Shown: positions 1-7,338, numbered from the stretch's first letter. The stretch is DNA of 15,221 nucleotides from Candidatus Nanohaloarchaea archaeon (GCA_041640035.1 JBEQBC010000015.1:1-15221); one strand, 5' to 3'. The notes: generated by a model from the sequence alone, not told the origin. Numbers and translations: made by a program.

Positions 1-2
1 AT

Positions 3-722
3 CAGAGTGAAGAGATTGAGTTGAAGTCGGCTCCAGGAGAAGAAATGATTCATCGAGAAGGCTTAGGTAAGATTGTGAAGATGAGCATGGTGCTACCTGC
101 TGCACTGCCTCTGATAGCGGTAGGTGCCGGTTCCCGTGTCATGAATCTTCCATTCATCGGTGTCGTGGACTGGGGTTTGATTTATCCGCTTTTCCTGCTT
201 CCAGTTGGAATGCTTTTCGTCTCTAATGTTGTTAATATGCTGGAAGGTATGAACGGTCTTGGAGCTTCTCTCAGCATGATAACCGCTTTCACACTCGGTA
301 TATACGCAGGTATGAACGGTCGTGTAGGTGCTGCGATTCTCGCCTTTGCTCTAGGAGGATCTTTACTTGGATTCCTGAAATTCAATTTTTATCCTGCATC
401 CATGTTGCCCGGAGATTCTTTGACTTATCTCTGTGGTGCTGTTTTGTTTTCAGTGATTGTTATAGGTAATATTGAGAAGTTTGCAATACCTGTATTCAGT
501 CTTTACTTTGCGGAGTTCTTTCTGAAGGCAAGAAGCGGTTTCGATGCACATTCCTGGGGTCACTTGAATGAAAACGGTACTTTGGAACCTCAACACGATA
601 AGACTTATTCACTGACTCATCCATTTATGCGTAGAGGTTTCACCGAGCCAGGCATCACTGTAGCGCTTTCAGTAGTTCAGCTTGTAATATGCGTGGCTGC
701 TTTACTCTTCTTCAGCCTCTGA
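3..722 (+). CDS. MraY/GPT-family polyprenyl-phosphate N-acetylhexosamine-1-phosphate transferase (Alg7/AglH-like), 5' partial
   Basis: Multiple TM helices. NVVNMLEGMNGL and FNFYPASMLPGDSLTY match the GPT/MraY motifs (N..N..DG.NGL, N.YPA.vF.GD). The frame is open from base 3 (QSEEIELKSAP...), so the true start lies upstream of the window. Confidence 0.85.
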   Translation, partial: QSEEIELKSAPGEEMIHREGLGKIVKMSMVLPAALPLIAVGAGSRVMNLPFIGVVDWGLIYPLFLLPVGMLFVSNVVNMLEGMNGLGASLSMITAFTLGIYAGMNGRVGAAILAFALGGSLLGFLKFNFYPASMLPGDSLTYLCGAVLFSVIVIGNIEKFAIPVFSLYFAEFFLKARSGFDAHSWGHLNENGTLEPQHDKTYSLTHPFMRRGFTEPGITVALSVVQLVICVAALLFFSL

Positions 723-1082
723 TCTTTCTTCATCGTACGGATCTTCTATCCTCTCGATGTCTTCCGGTCGGTATGGGAATGAGATTTCCAGTATTTCTGC
801 TACTTCGCTATTGATGTTCTGTATCTGGTGTTTGTCTTCGGGCTTAACTGTTACTGCATTGCCTTTTTCCAGGTCCTGTAGTCCTTCTTCTGTTCTAAGG
901 ACTGCTGCTCCTTCCTCCAGGTAGATGATGTCCTGCTGCTTGCTGTGAGTTGCGTAAGAAGTCATCTCATCTGCGTTGATGACAAGTCTTTTGATTGCTA
1001 ACATGCCTGAGCTGCCGTCTACTTCTACCTGGGTGACAAGTATCTGTTCTTCGTAGCCCCAGGGTTTCTCTATTCTTCCCAT
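702..1082 (-). CDS. Cupin-domain protein (mannose-6-phosphate isomerase type II C-terminal-like)
   Basis: Contains KPWGYE, H..Q....Y..EG and HQIQN....AEILEIS....PEDIERIEDPY, typical of the PMI-type cupin. Start moved to the ATG at 1082 (MGRIEKPWG) because the TTG at 1181 lies inside the epimerase gene and a TATA box sits 25-32 nt upstream of 1082. Confidence 0.8.
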   Translation of the reverse strand: MGRIEKPWGYEEQILVTQVEVDGSSGMLAIKRLVINADEMTSYATHSKQQDIIYLEEGAAVLRTEEGLQDLEKGNAVTVKPEDKHQIQNINSEVAEILEISFPYRPEDIERIEDPYDEERSEAEEE

Positions 1083-1106
1083 ATAGAATGTATCGGGTTC
1101 AAATCT

Positions 1107-1114
1107 CTTATATA
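1107..1114 (-). promoter_or_regulatory. Archaeal TATA box for the cupin gene (leaderless)
   Basis: TATATAAG on the minus strand, 25-32 nt upstream of ATG 1082. Confidence 0.6.
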
Positions 1115-1120
1115 TGGCTT

Positions 1121-2050
1121 CTAACTGTAGTACTCTACTGTCTTCTTCAAGCCTTCCTTGAAGCTGTTCTGAGGCTGCCAACCAAGGATTTCCTGTGCTT
1201 TGGAATTATCCGCTTTATGCTCGTGGACATACTTATCTCGCGGGTTCTCAATCTTCTCAGCATCTATGTCTTTACCTAGGTGTTCGTTGAGAAGCTCTAC
1301 GACTGTGTTGAAGTTGACGGGGTTTCCGGTTCCGATGTTGAATACTTCGCCGTCCAGTTCTTCACGGCGTTCTGCGGCCTTGATGTTGGCTCTTGCTACA
1401 TCTTTAACATAGACGAAGTCTCTCTCCTGGGTTCCGTCTCCCCATATGACAGGTTGTTCTCCGTTTTGCATCTTCCATAGGAACTGGGTAACCACATTAG
1501 CATACTCTCCCTTCGCCTTTTCATGAGGGCCGTATACCGAGAAGAATCTGAGACCTGTAGTCTGTATATCCTCCTGGTAACTGTAACATTTTGCGTACAT
1601 TTCGCGGGACATCTTTGAAGCAGTGTACAGGTTTACAGGTTCCACATCCATGTCTTCTTGGTGAGGTGGTTCTACACTTCCGTACATGGAGCTGGTGGAG
1701 GCGTATACTACTTTTTCGACTCCTTCTTCCTTCGCTGCTTCTACTGTCTTCACAAATCCCTCGATGTTTACTCTTGCGCCTTCAGTAGGATCATCTTTAT
1801 GCATAGGAGAGGAACTTCGGGCCGCCATATGGAAAACTGTGTCACAGCCGTCCAGCGCTTCTTCCAAATCTTCTTCATTCAGCACTGATCCTTCGACCAG
1901 TTTTATCTTGTCTTTTATTTCTTCAAGGTTGGAAGCATCGCCCAGATACATTGAGTCCAGTACTACGACTTCTACTCCTTTTTCTACCAGCATTTCTGCG
2001 ATATTTGATCCGATGAATCCTGCGCCTCCTGTGACCAGTGCTTTTTCCAT
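1121..2050 (-). CDS. NAD-dependent NDP-sugar epimerase/dehydratase (extended SDR, GalE-like)
   Basis: Has the TGGAGFIG Rossmann motif, ASTSSMYG, catalytic YTASK (YxxxK), RFFSVYGP and GDGTQERDFVYV. Confidence 0.93.
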   Translation of the reverse strand: MEKALVTGGAGFIGSNIAEMLVEKGVEVVVLDSMYLGDASNLEEIKDKIKLVEGSVLNEEDLEEALDGCDTVFHMAARSSSPMHKDDPTEGARVNIEGFVKTVEAAKEEGVEKVVYASTSSMYGSVEPPHQEDMDVEPVNLYTASKMSREMYAKCYSYQEDIQTTGLRFFSVYGPHEKAKGEYANVVTQFLWKMQNGEQPVIWGDGTQERDFVYVKDVARANIKAAERREELDGEVFNIGTGNPVNFNTVVELLNEHLGKDIDAEKIENPRDKYVHEHKADNSKAQEILGWQPQNSFKEGLKKTVEYYS

Positions 2051-2056
2051 ATTTCT

Positions 2057-2923
2057 TCACTTCTGTAATGAGTTTTTTAGTTCTGTTTTTGTTGGAAGTG
2101 CTTCCATCGCACCTGTCTCAGTGGTTGAAAGTGAGGCAGCATGAACCGAACTTTTGACCGCCTGTTCCAGGCCCTGATCTCTATGCGCTAGGTATGCTCC
2201 GGCAAGTGCATCTCCGGCTCCGGTCGTATCGACTACATCGACTTCCGGCGGTTCTTCCGTAATCTTCTGATCTTCTTTCAGTACTTCGACTCCGTCGCTT
2301 CCCTTGCTTGCGACTACTTCATCTACGGTTTCAAGTATCTCTTCTTTGCCTCCAAGCTGTTCAAGTTCGTCTTCAGCTGCGAATAGGATATCTGTATGCT
2401 GTATCATCTGCTTCAACCGGTTATGATATCTTTCGTCGTCGAGATCTTCCCTGAGGTTGGGGTCGAAGCTAACTGTCGCGTCTGTTCTTTGAGCTGTTCT
2501 GATTATGTTGGCCGCGGTTTCTGGATCGGATAATGGCAGCGATCCGATGTGTATGACATCGTGATGATGCTCTATCTGTTCTTCTCTTATTGTTTCGTCT
2601 GCTCCCCGGTGGAAGCTGAACTCCGGCTCCGCATCCTCATTCAAGGCGACAAAGGCTAGTGTTGTATCTTTATCTCTGTCTCTGTGGATATTTGAGACAT
2701 TTACTTCCTCGTCTTTGAGTCTTTCTACAAGGTATTCTCCGAAATGGTCGTTTCCTACGGTTGCGGTCATGTGACTGTCTGCTCCGAGTCTGGATGCTGC
2801 TACGGCTACATTTGCTGGTGCTCCACCTGCTCTTTTCTGGAAGTCGTGGTTTTCCATTAGGCCGTCCTGTTTCTGGCCGATCATGTCGACAAGTACTTCG
2901 CCTATACAGTTTATCTTAACGAT
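2057..2923 (-). CDS. PfkB/ribokinase-family carbohydrate kinase (fructokinase-like)
   Basis: Has the signatures AGGAPANVAVAASRLG, SFDPNLR and VVDTTGAGDAL. The first ATG is at 2884, but the conserved N-terminal strand KINCIGEVLVD is encoded in frame upstream, so the start is placed tentatively at the ATC at 2923 (see findings). Confidence 0.88.
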   Translation of the reverse strand: MVKINCIGEVLVDMIGQKQDGLMENHDFQKRAGGAPANVAVAASRLGADSHMTATVGNDHFGEYLVERLKDEEVNVSNIHRDRDKDTTLAFVALNEDAEPEFSFHRGADETIREEQIEHHHDVIHIGSLPLSDPETAANIIRTAQRTDATVSFDPNLREDLDDERYHNRLKQMIQHTDILFAAEDELEQLGGKEEILETVDEVVASKGSDGVEVLKEDQKITEEPPEVDVVDTTGAGDALAGAYLAHRDQGLEQAVKSSVHAASLSTTETGAMEALPTKTELKNSLQK

Positions 2924-3795
2924 TGTCTTACACCCTCCAAGTATTCTTGTACATCATCTATCTCCAATTCTTTCTGCTCATCAGCCATCTCTCCAGCTAC
3001 GACTCTTCCTTCCGGTTCTTCAAGCCCTCTGTCTGCGAGTTCCTGTACTGAGGCCGGGTTGCCTGGCATGGTGAGCCTGTTAAGAACCCATCCTGTTGTG
3101 TGGTGGTCCTCATTTGGATCTGCTACATAAACTGTAGCTTCATCCACATTTTCCTGCGCTGCTTGTATGGTTGGTCCGACTGCTACCCCGAAGCCACCTG
3201 TACCGTCCGCAAACCGAATAGCTTCGATGTCTCCGTTGCTGTCTCCCGTGTATACGAGTTCTTGTGGTTCTCTACCTAGTTCTTCGTCGTAGAAGTGCTG
3301 TAGGTTGTCTCTTTTTTCTCCCTGTCCATTGTAGAAAGGTCTATGATCGAAATCACCTGCGATTATACCGTCAAAATGTCCGTTGGTCTGCGCCTGGGCT
3401 ACAGGGAAGTACCCTGCTGTTGAAAGGATATTTGGTGCGTCCTGTTCCGCCCTGTATTGCAGGAAGCCTTCGAAACCAGTCCTGTTCTCCAGTTCGAACT
3501 CTTCTGTTTTCTGTTCCGCATGTTCCGCGAACTCCGGGTTGTTGTATAGAAATGTTACAAGAGGGTTGCTGTGACCTCGTGATTTCTCTTCGTCTACCGC
3601 CGATATCAAGCGGTTAAACTCTTTTTCTCCGAAATGTCCGTCTGTCGGAAGATCTTGGTAATCTGCGTTTTCTGGTACATATTGGAATTCGCCGTCGTAG
3701 TCTGCGGCGTTCTGCATTAGGACAAATCCAGAGTCGTAGGGTATTACGGTGTTGTCCCAGTCTGTCGCGTAGTCTCGTATCTCTGTATCCGACAT
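2911..3795 (-). CDS. HAD-superfamily hydrolase (putative phosphatase)
   Basis: HAD motif I ATDWDNTV (DxDxT), motif II ILSTAG, motif III Lys in GEKR and motif IV YTGDSNGD. An SD-like GAGGT lies 6 nt before the ATG. Confidence 0.75.
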   Translation of the reverse strand: MSDTEIRDYATDWDNTVIPYDSGFVLMQNAADYDGEFQYVPENADYQDLPTDGHFGEKEFNRLISAVDEEKSRGHSNPLVTFLYNNPEFAEHAEQKTEEFELENRTGFEGFLQYRAEQDAPNILSTAGYFPVAQAQTNGHFDGIIAGDFDHRPFYNGQGEKRDNLQHFYDEELGREPQELVYTGDSNGDIEAIRFADGTGGFGVAVGPTIQAAQENVDEATVYVADPNEDHHTTGWVLNRLTMPGNPASVQELADRGLEEPEGRVVAGEMADEQKELEIDDVQEYLEGVRQSLR

Positions 3796-3837
3796 CGTAT
3801 TACCTCGTAATATGTTATGATGTATTACCTTGCCTGG

Positions 3838-3846
3838 TATTTAAAA
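3838..3846. promoter_or_regulatory. TATA element between the divergent HAD and membrane-protein genes
   Basis: TATTTAAAA on the plus strand, 25-33 nt before ATG 3871. It reads TTTTAAATA on the minus strand, about 43-51 nt before ATG 3795. Confidence 0.5.
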
Positions 3847-3870
3847 CCTGCCAGATGCAATCAAAATAAT

Positions 3871-4302
3871 ATGAACCAGAACTTCCTGAGAGAAGTACTT
3901 ACAGGAGAATCCAGAGCATACGGCTTCACAATCGCGTTCTGGGGCTCAGGACAGGCACTAGCATACCATACCACATCGATACTGCCAACAAATGTTTTCA
4001 TGTACGGAGTAGGCGCAGTAACCGGTTTCAGCATCATGGCCTACTTCGCTTTCCGTGAAGCTCTGAGACCTGCCAAATATGAGGAAGAGCCTGAGTACAT
4101 GGTTATGAGCATGATGCATTATCTAGCCGCTTTACTGCCGATATTACTAGCTTACATCTACGGAAGTTTCATAGAAGGAAATGCACTGTTCTTCGCTACA
4201 GGCGCATCTGTATCACTGGTATACAATATAGCGATGATCGCCGAAGAGCTTTTCTCAGAGGAAGCTCATTACCTTGAGACGAAGCTTATGGAAGGTTTAT
4301 GA
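3871..4302 (+). CDS. Small integral membrane protein of unknown function (about 4 TM)
   Basis: Four hydrophobic segments and an acidic C-terminus. Start moved to ATG 3871 (MNQNFLREV) on TATA spacing; the ORF-track extension from 3817 runs through the promoter. Confidence 0.7.
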   Translation: MNQNFLREVLTGESRAYGFTIAFWGSGQALAYHTTSILPTNVFMYGVGAVTGFSIMAYFAFREALRPAKYEEEPEYMVMSMMHYLAALLPILLAYIYGSFIEGNALFFATGASVSLVYNIAMIAEELFSEEAHYLETKLMEGL

Positions 4303-5046
4303 GATATCCTTCCACTTACCACCGTATACATATCCATTCATCCTGTTTTCTTTAGCCAGGTGGCGGAAGACTTCTTCTAGATCTTTTTCACCAGTTTCAT
4401 TTATCTTGGAGAATATCTCTGGTTCTAGTATGTATGTCCCTGCGTTGATGAGTCTTGTGTCCGGTTTGCTTGGTTTTTCCTCAAAACCGAGTACTTTTCT
4501 ACCTTTCAGAGTTACGACTCCGTAGTTTGATGCGTCCTGAACTGTTGTCAGTGCTACTGTTGCCGGTCCTTCCTCTTCTCTGTGTGTTTCCAGCATTTCT
4601 TTGAAGTCTACATCTGATATCACATGTCCGTTGAGGGCTACGAAGGTGTTTCCTATCTTCTCTTCTGCTTTGCTGAGTGCTGAAGCTGTTCCCTCCGGTG
4701 ATTTTTCTTCTATGTATTCGAGTGTGACGCCTTCGTGTTTGGAGCCGAAGTTCGGTTCTATCTCATCTCTGTTGTCCCCTACGAGAAGAATCGCTCTTTT
4801 GATCCCTTCCTGCGCCAGATGTTCGATTATATGGCTGAGCACAGGTTTTCCTTCGTGGAGAGTGAGGGTTTCGTTCTCCGAGTCTCCGCACAGTATTACT
4901 GCTGTATCCAGTCCTTTGGCCTGGAAGTAATCCCCTGTTATCTTCTCCATCATCTGGGACCGGTTGATATCGTAGTTGCTGGCCTCCTTATCTATCTTGT
5001 TTACAAGTTCCTGATCCAGTGTGAGAGATACCCTCTTCTTCGGCAT
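4297..5046 (-). CDS. RHH (CopG/MetJ-like) domain fused to a degenerate sugar-phosphate nucleotidyltransferase domain
   Basis: The N-terminal KKRVSLTLDQELVNKIDKEA....INRSQMMEKI fits the RHH strand-helix-helix pattern. The rest is NTP_transferase-like (AVILCG, GKPVL.HII, PEGTASAL, YGVV, FEEKP, INAGTYIL), but the GGxGTRL..PK loop is missing. Confidence 0.82.
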   Translation of the reverse strand: MPKKRVSLTLDQELVNKIDKEASNYDINRSQMMEKITGDYFQAKGLDTAVILCGDSENETLTLHEGKPVLSHIIEHLAQEGIKRAILLVGDNRDEIEPNFGSKHEGVTLEYIEEKSPEGTASALSKAEEKIGNTFVALNGHVISDVDFKEMLETHREEEGPATVALTTVQDASNYGVVTLKGRKVLGFEEKPSKPDTRLINAGTYILEPEIFSKINETGEKDLEEVFRHLAKENRMNGYVYGGKWKDIS

Positions 5047-5070
5047 ATATTTCGATATGCGTACTTGATA

Positions 5071-5079
5071 CTTTAATTA
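5071..5079 (-). promoter_or_regulatory. TATA-like box for the RHH-nucleotidyltransferase gene
   Basis: TAATTAAAG on the minus strand, 25-33 nt upstream of ATG 5046. Confidence 0.45.
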
Positions 5080-5082
5080 GTG

Positions 5083-5106
5083 AAAGAAAAATTAGAGAAA
5101 AAAGAG
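5083..5106 (-). terminator. Archaeal oligo-T terminator after cysD
   Basis: The minus strand reads CTCTTTTTTCTCTAATTTTTCTTT about 18-40 nt after the cysD stop. Confidence 0.5.
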
Positions 5107-5123
5107 CGGAGATTGTGTTTGCC

Positions 5124-6038
5124 TCACATGTAGCCGAGGCTTCTCAGCTTGTCCATGATCTCTTTGTCGTCTTTGTTCTGTGCTCTGCCTGCTCGTTCTT
5201 TGGTGTTCTCTACATCTTGTAGCCATGCTGGTTCTTCTGCTGACTTGTCTGTGGAGACTTCTGATCCAAGGGATCTGAATCCTGCCCAGTACTTTGGACT
5301 GATAGGTACATCGTCTTTGGTTAGTCCTTCTGGGAGGTCGTCAGGTGTTTCTGGGTATTCTTCGATTTCTACTCCTGTGATGTCTGGTACCATGTGGAAC
5401 CATGATACATCCCATACATCTCGTTCGTCTAGCTGCAGGATTGGGTGTACTCTGATGTGGTCTGGGTCTTCTCGTGGGCTGTAGAATTCTTCGTCGCCAC
5501 GGCTCTCGTGTTCGTCCCAGCGTACTCCGTTGATCACTGCTTCGATATTGTGGTTTTCCAGGAGTTCGTTCATCGGTACTGTCTTGAGTAGGTGGTTTCC
5601 TGCTTCTGTATCCATTAGCCATGGTACTTCTTCGTAGTCTCCTACTTCTTCGGCTGCTTTCTGGTTTCTGTCGTTGAGTTCTGCGACAGGTACTTTGTCG
5701 CCTGGCTGGTCGGCTTTCTCGATCAGGTCTTCGTTCTTGGCAGTCATTACTTCGAATCCCCAGTTGTCGGCTAGTCTTTCGACATAGTCTTCTAGTTCGT
5801 CGAAGTGCTGTCCGTGGTCTACGAACATGAACCGTGGTTTGTCGAATCCGTGTTCTTCACAGACTCTTTTGACGATCCATGCGGTCAGTGTGGAGTCTTT
5901 TCCTCCTGTGAATCCGATGACTACATTTTCTGAGTCGTGTTCTTCGAGTGCTCGTTTGACGACATCTTCTCCTGCTTTGATTTTGGCGTTGAGAGGTGCG
6001 TTTTCAATTTCGTCTCGTGTTACAGGTGCTTCTGGCAT
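5124..6038 (-). CDS. cysD: Sulfate adenylyltransferase subunit 2-like protein (PAPS-reductase/PP-loop family)
   Basis: PP-loop FTGGKDS, plus VDHGQHF, LKT, GVRWDEHESR, RVHPI and FRSLG. ERAGR resembles CysD ERQGR, and the terminal LGYM resembles CysD GYF. It lacks the ECGLH tail and Fe-S cysteines of APS/PAPS reductases. SD AGGTGA is present upstream. Confidence 0.72.
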   Translation of the reverse strand: MPEAPVTRDEIENAPLNAKIKAGEDVVKRALEEHDSENVVIGFTGGKDSTLTAWIVKRVCEEHGFDKPRFMFVDHGQHFDELEDYVERLADNWGFEVMTAKNEDLIEKADQPGDKVPVAELNDRNQKAAEEVGDYEEVPWLMDTEAGNHLLKTVPMNELLENHNIEAVINGVRWDEHESRGDEEFYSPREDPDHIRVHPILQLDERDVWDVSWFHMVPDITGVEIEEYPETPDDLPEGLTKDDVPISPKYWAGFRSLGSEVSTDKSAEEPAWLQDVENTKERAGRAQNKDDKEIMDKLRSLGYM

Positions 6039-6060
6039 TAGTTGGTTTGTTCACCTAGTA

Positions 6061-6843
6061 TTAGTTTTCCGGATAATCGTGTCCGTAATGGTTTAGGATA
6101 GCTTTTGCGACATCTCCAGGCTGATCTATCTCAAAATCAACATTATTCGTGATCAAAACCGCGTCCTCATGATGATCTCCCTCTAGTTTACCGTGAGGCG
6201 TTTCTTCTGGCAGCGTCTGGACTCTTCCTTCTCCGAACTCTGCGAAGCCGTGGTCCGAAAGCACGATCAAAGGTTCATCGCTGTCGAAATCATAATATTC
6301 GAGTAGTTCGCCAAGTACTTCATCCATCTTCTTGTACCAGTCCAGGATGAGGTCTTTGTCGTTCCAGTAGAAATGTGAGACGCGGTCGAGCTGCATGAAG
6401 ACAACTGCGAAGAACTCTGGATCATCCTCCAGGACTTCCTTGCTTTTTTCGATCAGTTTCTGTCGGTCTGCTTCCAGTTCGTCAAGGTCGCTGCTGACTC
6501 CGAAACCTTCAGGCTCGTAACTTGTTTTATAGTTTATCGGCGGAATCACGGCCGGTATCTGAAGAATCTTTGAGTCAACATCCGGCATCTTTTCCCAGAC
6601 GAACTCTCCGTCAATATCGCTCTGTTTCTGGAGTTCGTCTTCGACCACGAAGTCTTTATGACCGTGCTCATCCTGCCGCAGGCCTGTGAATATTGAGGTC
6701 CAGAGAGGCGCGGATTTAGGTGTTTCCTCGACCGTGACTGTTTTGTGGTTGCATTCTTTCATCAGTCGGTCGAAGTTCGGTAGTTCGTCTCTATGTGGTT
6801 TTATCATGTCCCATGTGGCCGCGTCTATTCCGATAACTTTCAT
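6061..6843 (-). CDS. Alkaline phosphatase superfamily protein (NPP/phosphodiesterase type), compact form
   Basis: Contains GIDAATW, PKSAPLWTSIFTG (Ser at the nucleophile position), LDRVSH, LSDHGF and GDHHEDA. SD GGAGG is 11 nt upstream. Confidence 0.85.
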   Translation of the reverse strand: MKVIGIDAATWDMIKPHRDELPNFDRLMKECNHKTVTVEETPKSAPLWTSIFTGLRQDEHGHKDFVVEDELQKQSDIDGEFVWEKMPDVDSKILQIPAVIPPINYKTSYEPEGFGVSSDLDELEADRQKLIEKSKEVLEDDPEFFAVVFMQLDRVSHFYWNDKDLILDWYKKMDEVLGELLEYYDFDSDEPLIVLSDHGFAEFGEGRVQTLPEETPHGKLEGDHHEDAVLITNNVDFEIDQPGDVAKAILNHYGHDYPEN

Positions 6844-6861
6844 TTTGGTTCTTGCCTCCGT

Positions 6862-7065
6862 TTATCTTTCCATGTATCCGAGTTTTTCGAGTTTCTTGCC
6901 GATCTCCTTGATCTCCTGCTCACTCATCTTTTCTCCTGATTCCATATCCTGTAGGACCAAGTGTTTGATGTATTCTTTCGGTGTTGAGAAGTTCTGGTCG
7001 TCGATATGTTCCTCTACATCGCCAAGAAATTCCTTTTTGAAGGAGATCGTGGTGTAGTCGGACAT
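6862..7065 (-). CDS. Small RHH/CopG-like protein with a C-terminal LxxLGY helix
   Basis: YTTISF strand followed by two helices (FSTPKEYIKHLV); ends IGKKLEKLGYMER. It has its own TATA box. Confidence 0.78.
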   Translation of the reverse strand: MSDYTTISFKKEFLGDVEEHIDDQNFSTPKEYIKHLVLQDMESGEKMSEQEIKEIGKKLEKLGYMER

Positions 7066-7089
7066 TAAGAAGAAAGTGTAGATAGGATG

Positions 7090-7098
7090 TTTATATAA
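7090..7098 (-). promoter_or_regulatory. TATA box for the RHH-AlkP-cysD operon (leaderless)
   Basis: TTATATAAA on the minus strand, 25-33 nt upstream of ATG 7065. Confidence 0.6.
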
Positions 7099-7113
7099 CC
7101 TAATTATATTTAA

Positions 7114-7338
7114 TTAGTCTAGGTATCCTAGTCCTTTCAGTCTCTCTTTGACTTTCTCTTCGTCTTCTTCACTGAATTCTTTGTCTTCTTCATCAGCCAT
7201 CTTCTTCTTTGCTTTCTCTGCTACCTGGTTGAGGACATAGTTAATGTACTCTTCCGTGGTATCGAATCCTTTGTCTTCTGCTCTTTTTGCTAGAAGGCCG
7301 TAGGTTTCTTCCGGTATCTCTACAGTGTTGTCAGTCAT
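7114..7338 (-). CDS. Small RHH/CopG-like protein with a C-terminal LxxLGY helix
   Basis: NTVEIP strand, helices including GFDTTEEYINYVL, an acidic linker, and the end EEKVKERLKGLGYLD. Confidence 0.8.
   Translation of the reverse strand: MTDNTVEIPEETYGLLAKRAEDKGFDTTEEYINYVLNQVAEKAKKKMADEEDKEFSEEDEEKVKERLKGLGYLD

Noticed and set aside
1083-1181. N-terminal extension of the cupin from TTG 1181
   Set aside because: It overlaps the epimerase 3' end and crosses a well-placed TATA box.
3817-3870. N-terminal extension MMYYLAWYLKP... of the membrane protein
   Set aside because: It spans the TATA element and the repeat region; ATG 3871 fits the leaderless spacing.
5124-6038. PAPS-reductase-family gene as DndC/SspD (DNA phosphorothioation) or a true APS/PAPS reductase (cysH)
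   Set aside because: There are no dnd/ssp neighbours, no Fe-S cysteine motifs and no ECGLH tail. The ERAGR and terminal GY features match CysD, and the context is glycan biosynthesis.
6862-7338. The two small RHH genes as a toxin-antitoxin pair
   Set aside because: Both look like RHH proteins with LGY tails, and no PIN, RelE or other toxin fold is adjacent.
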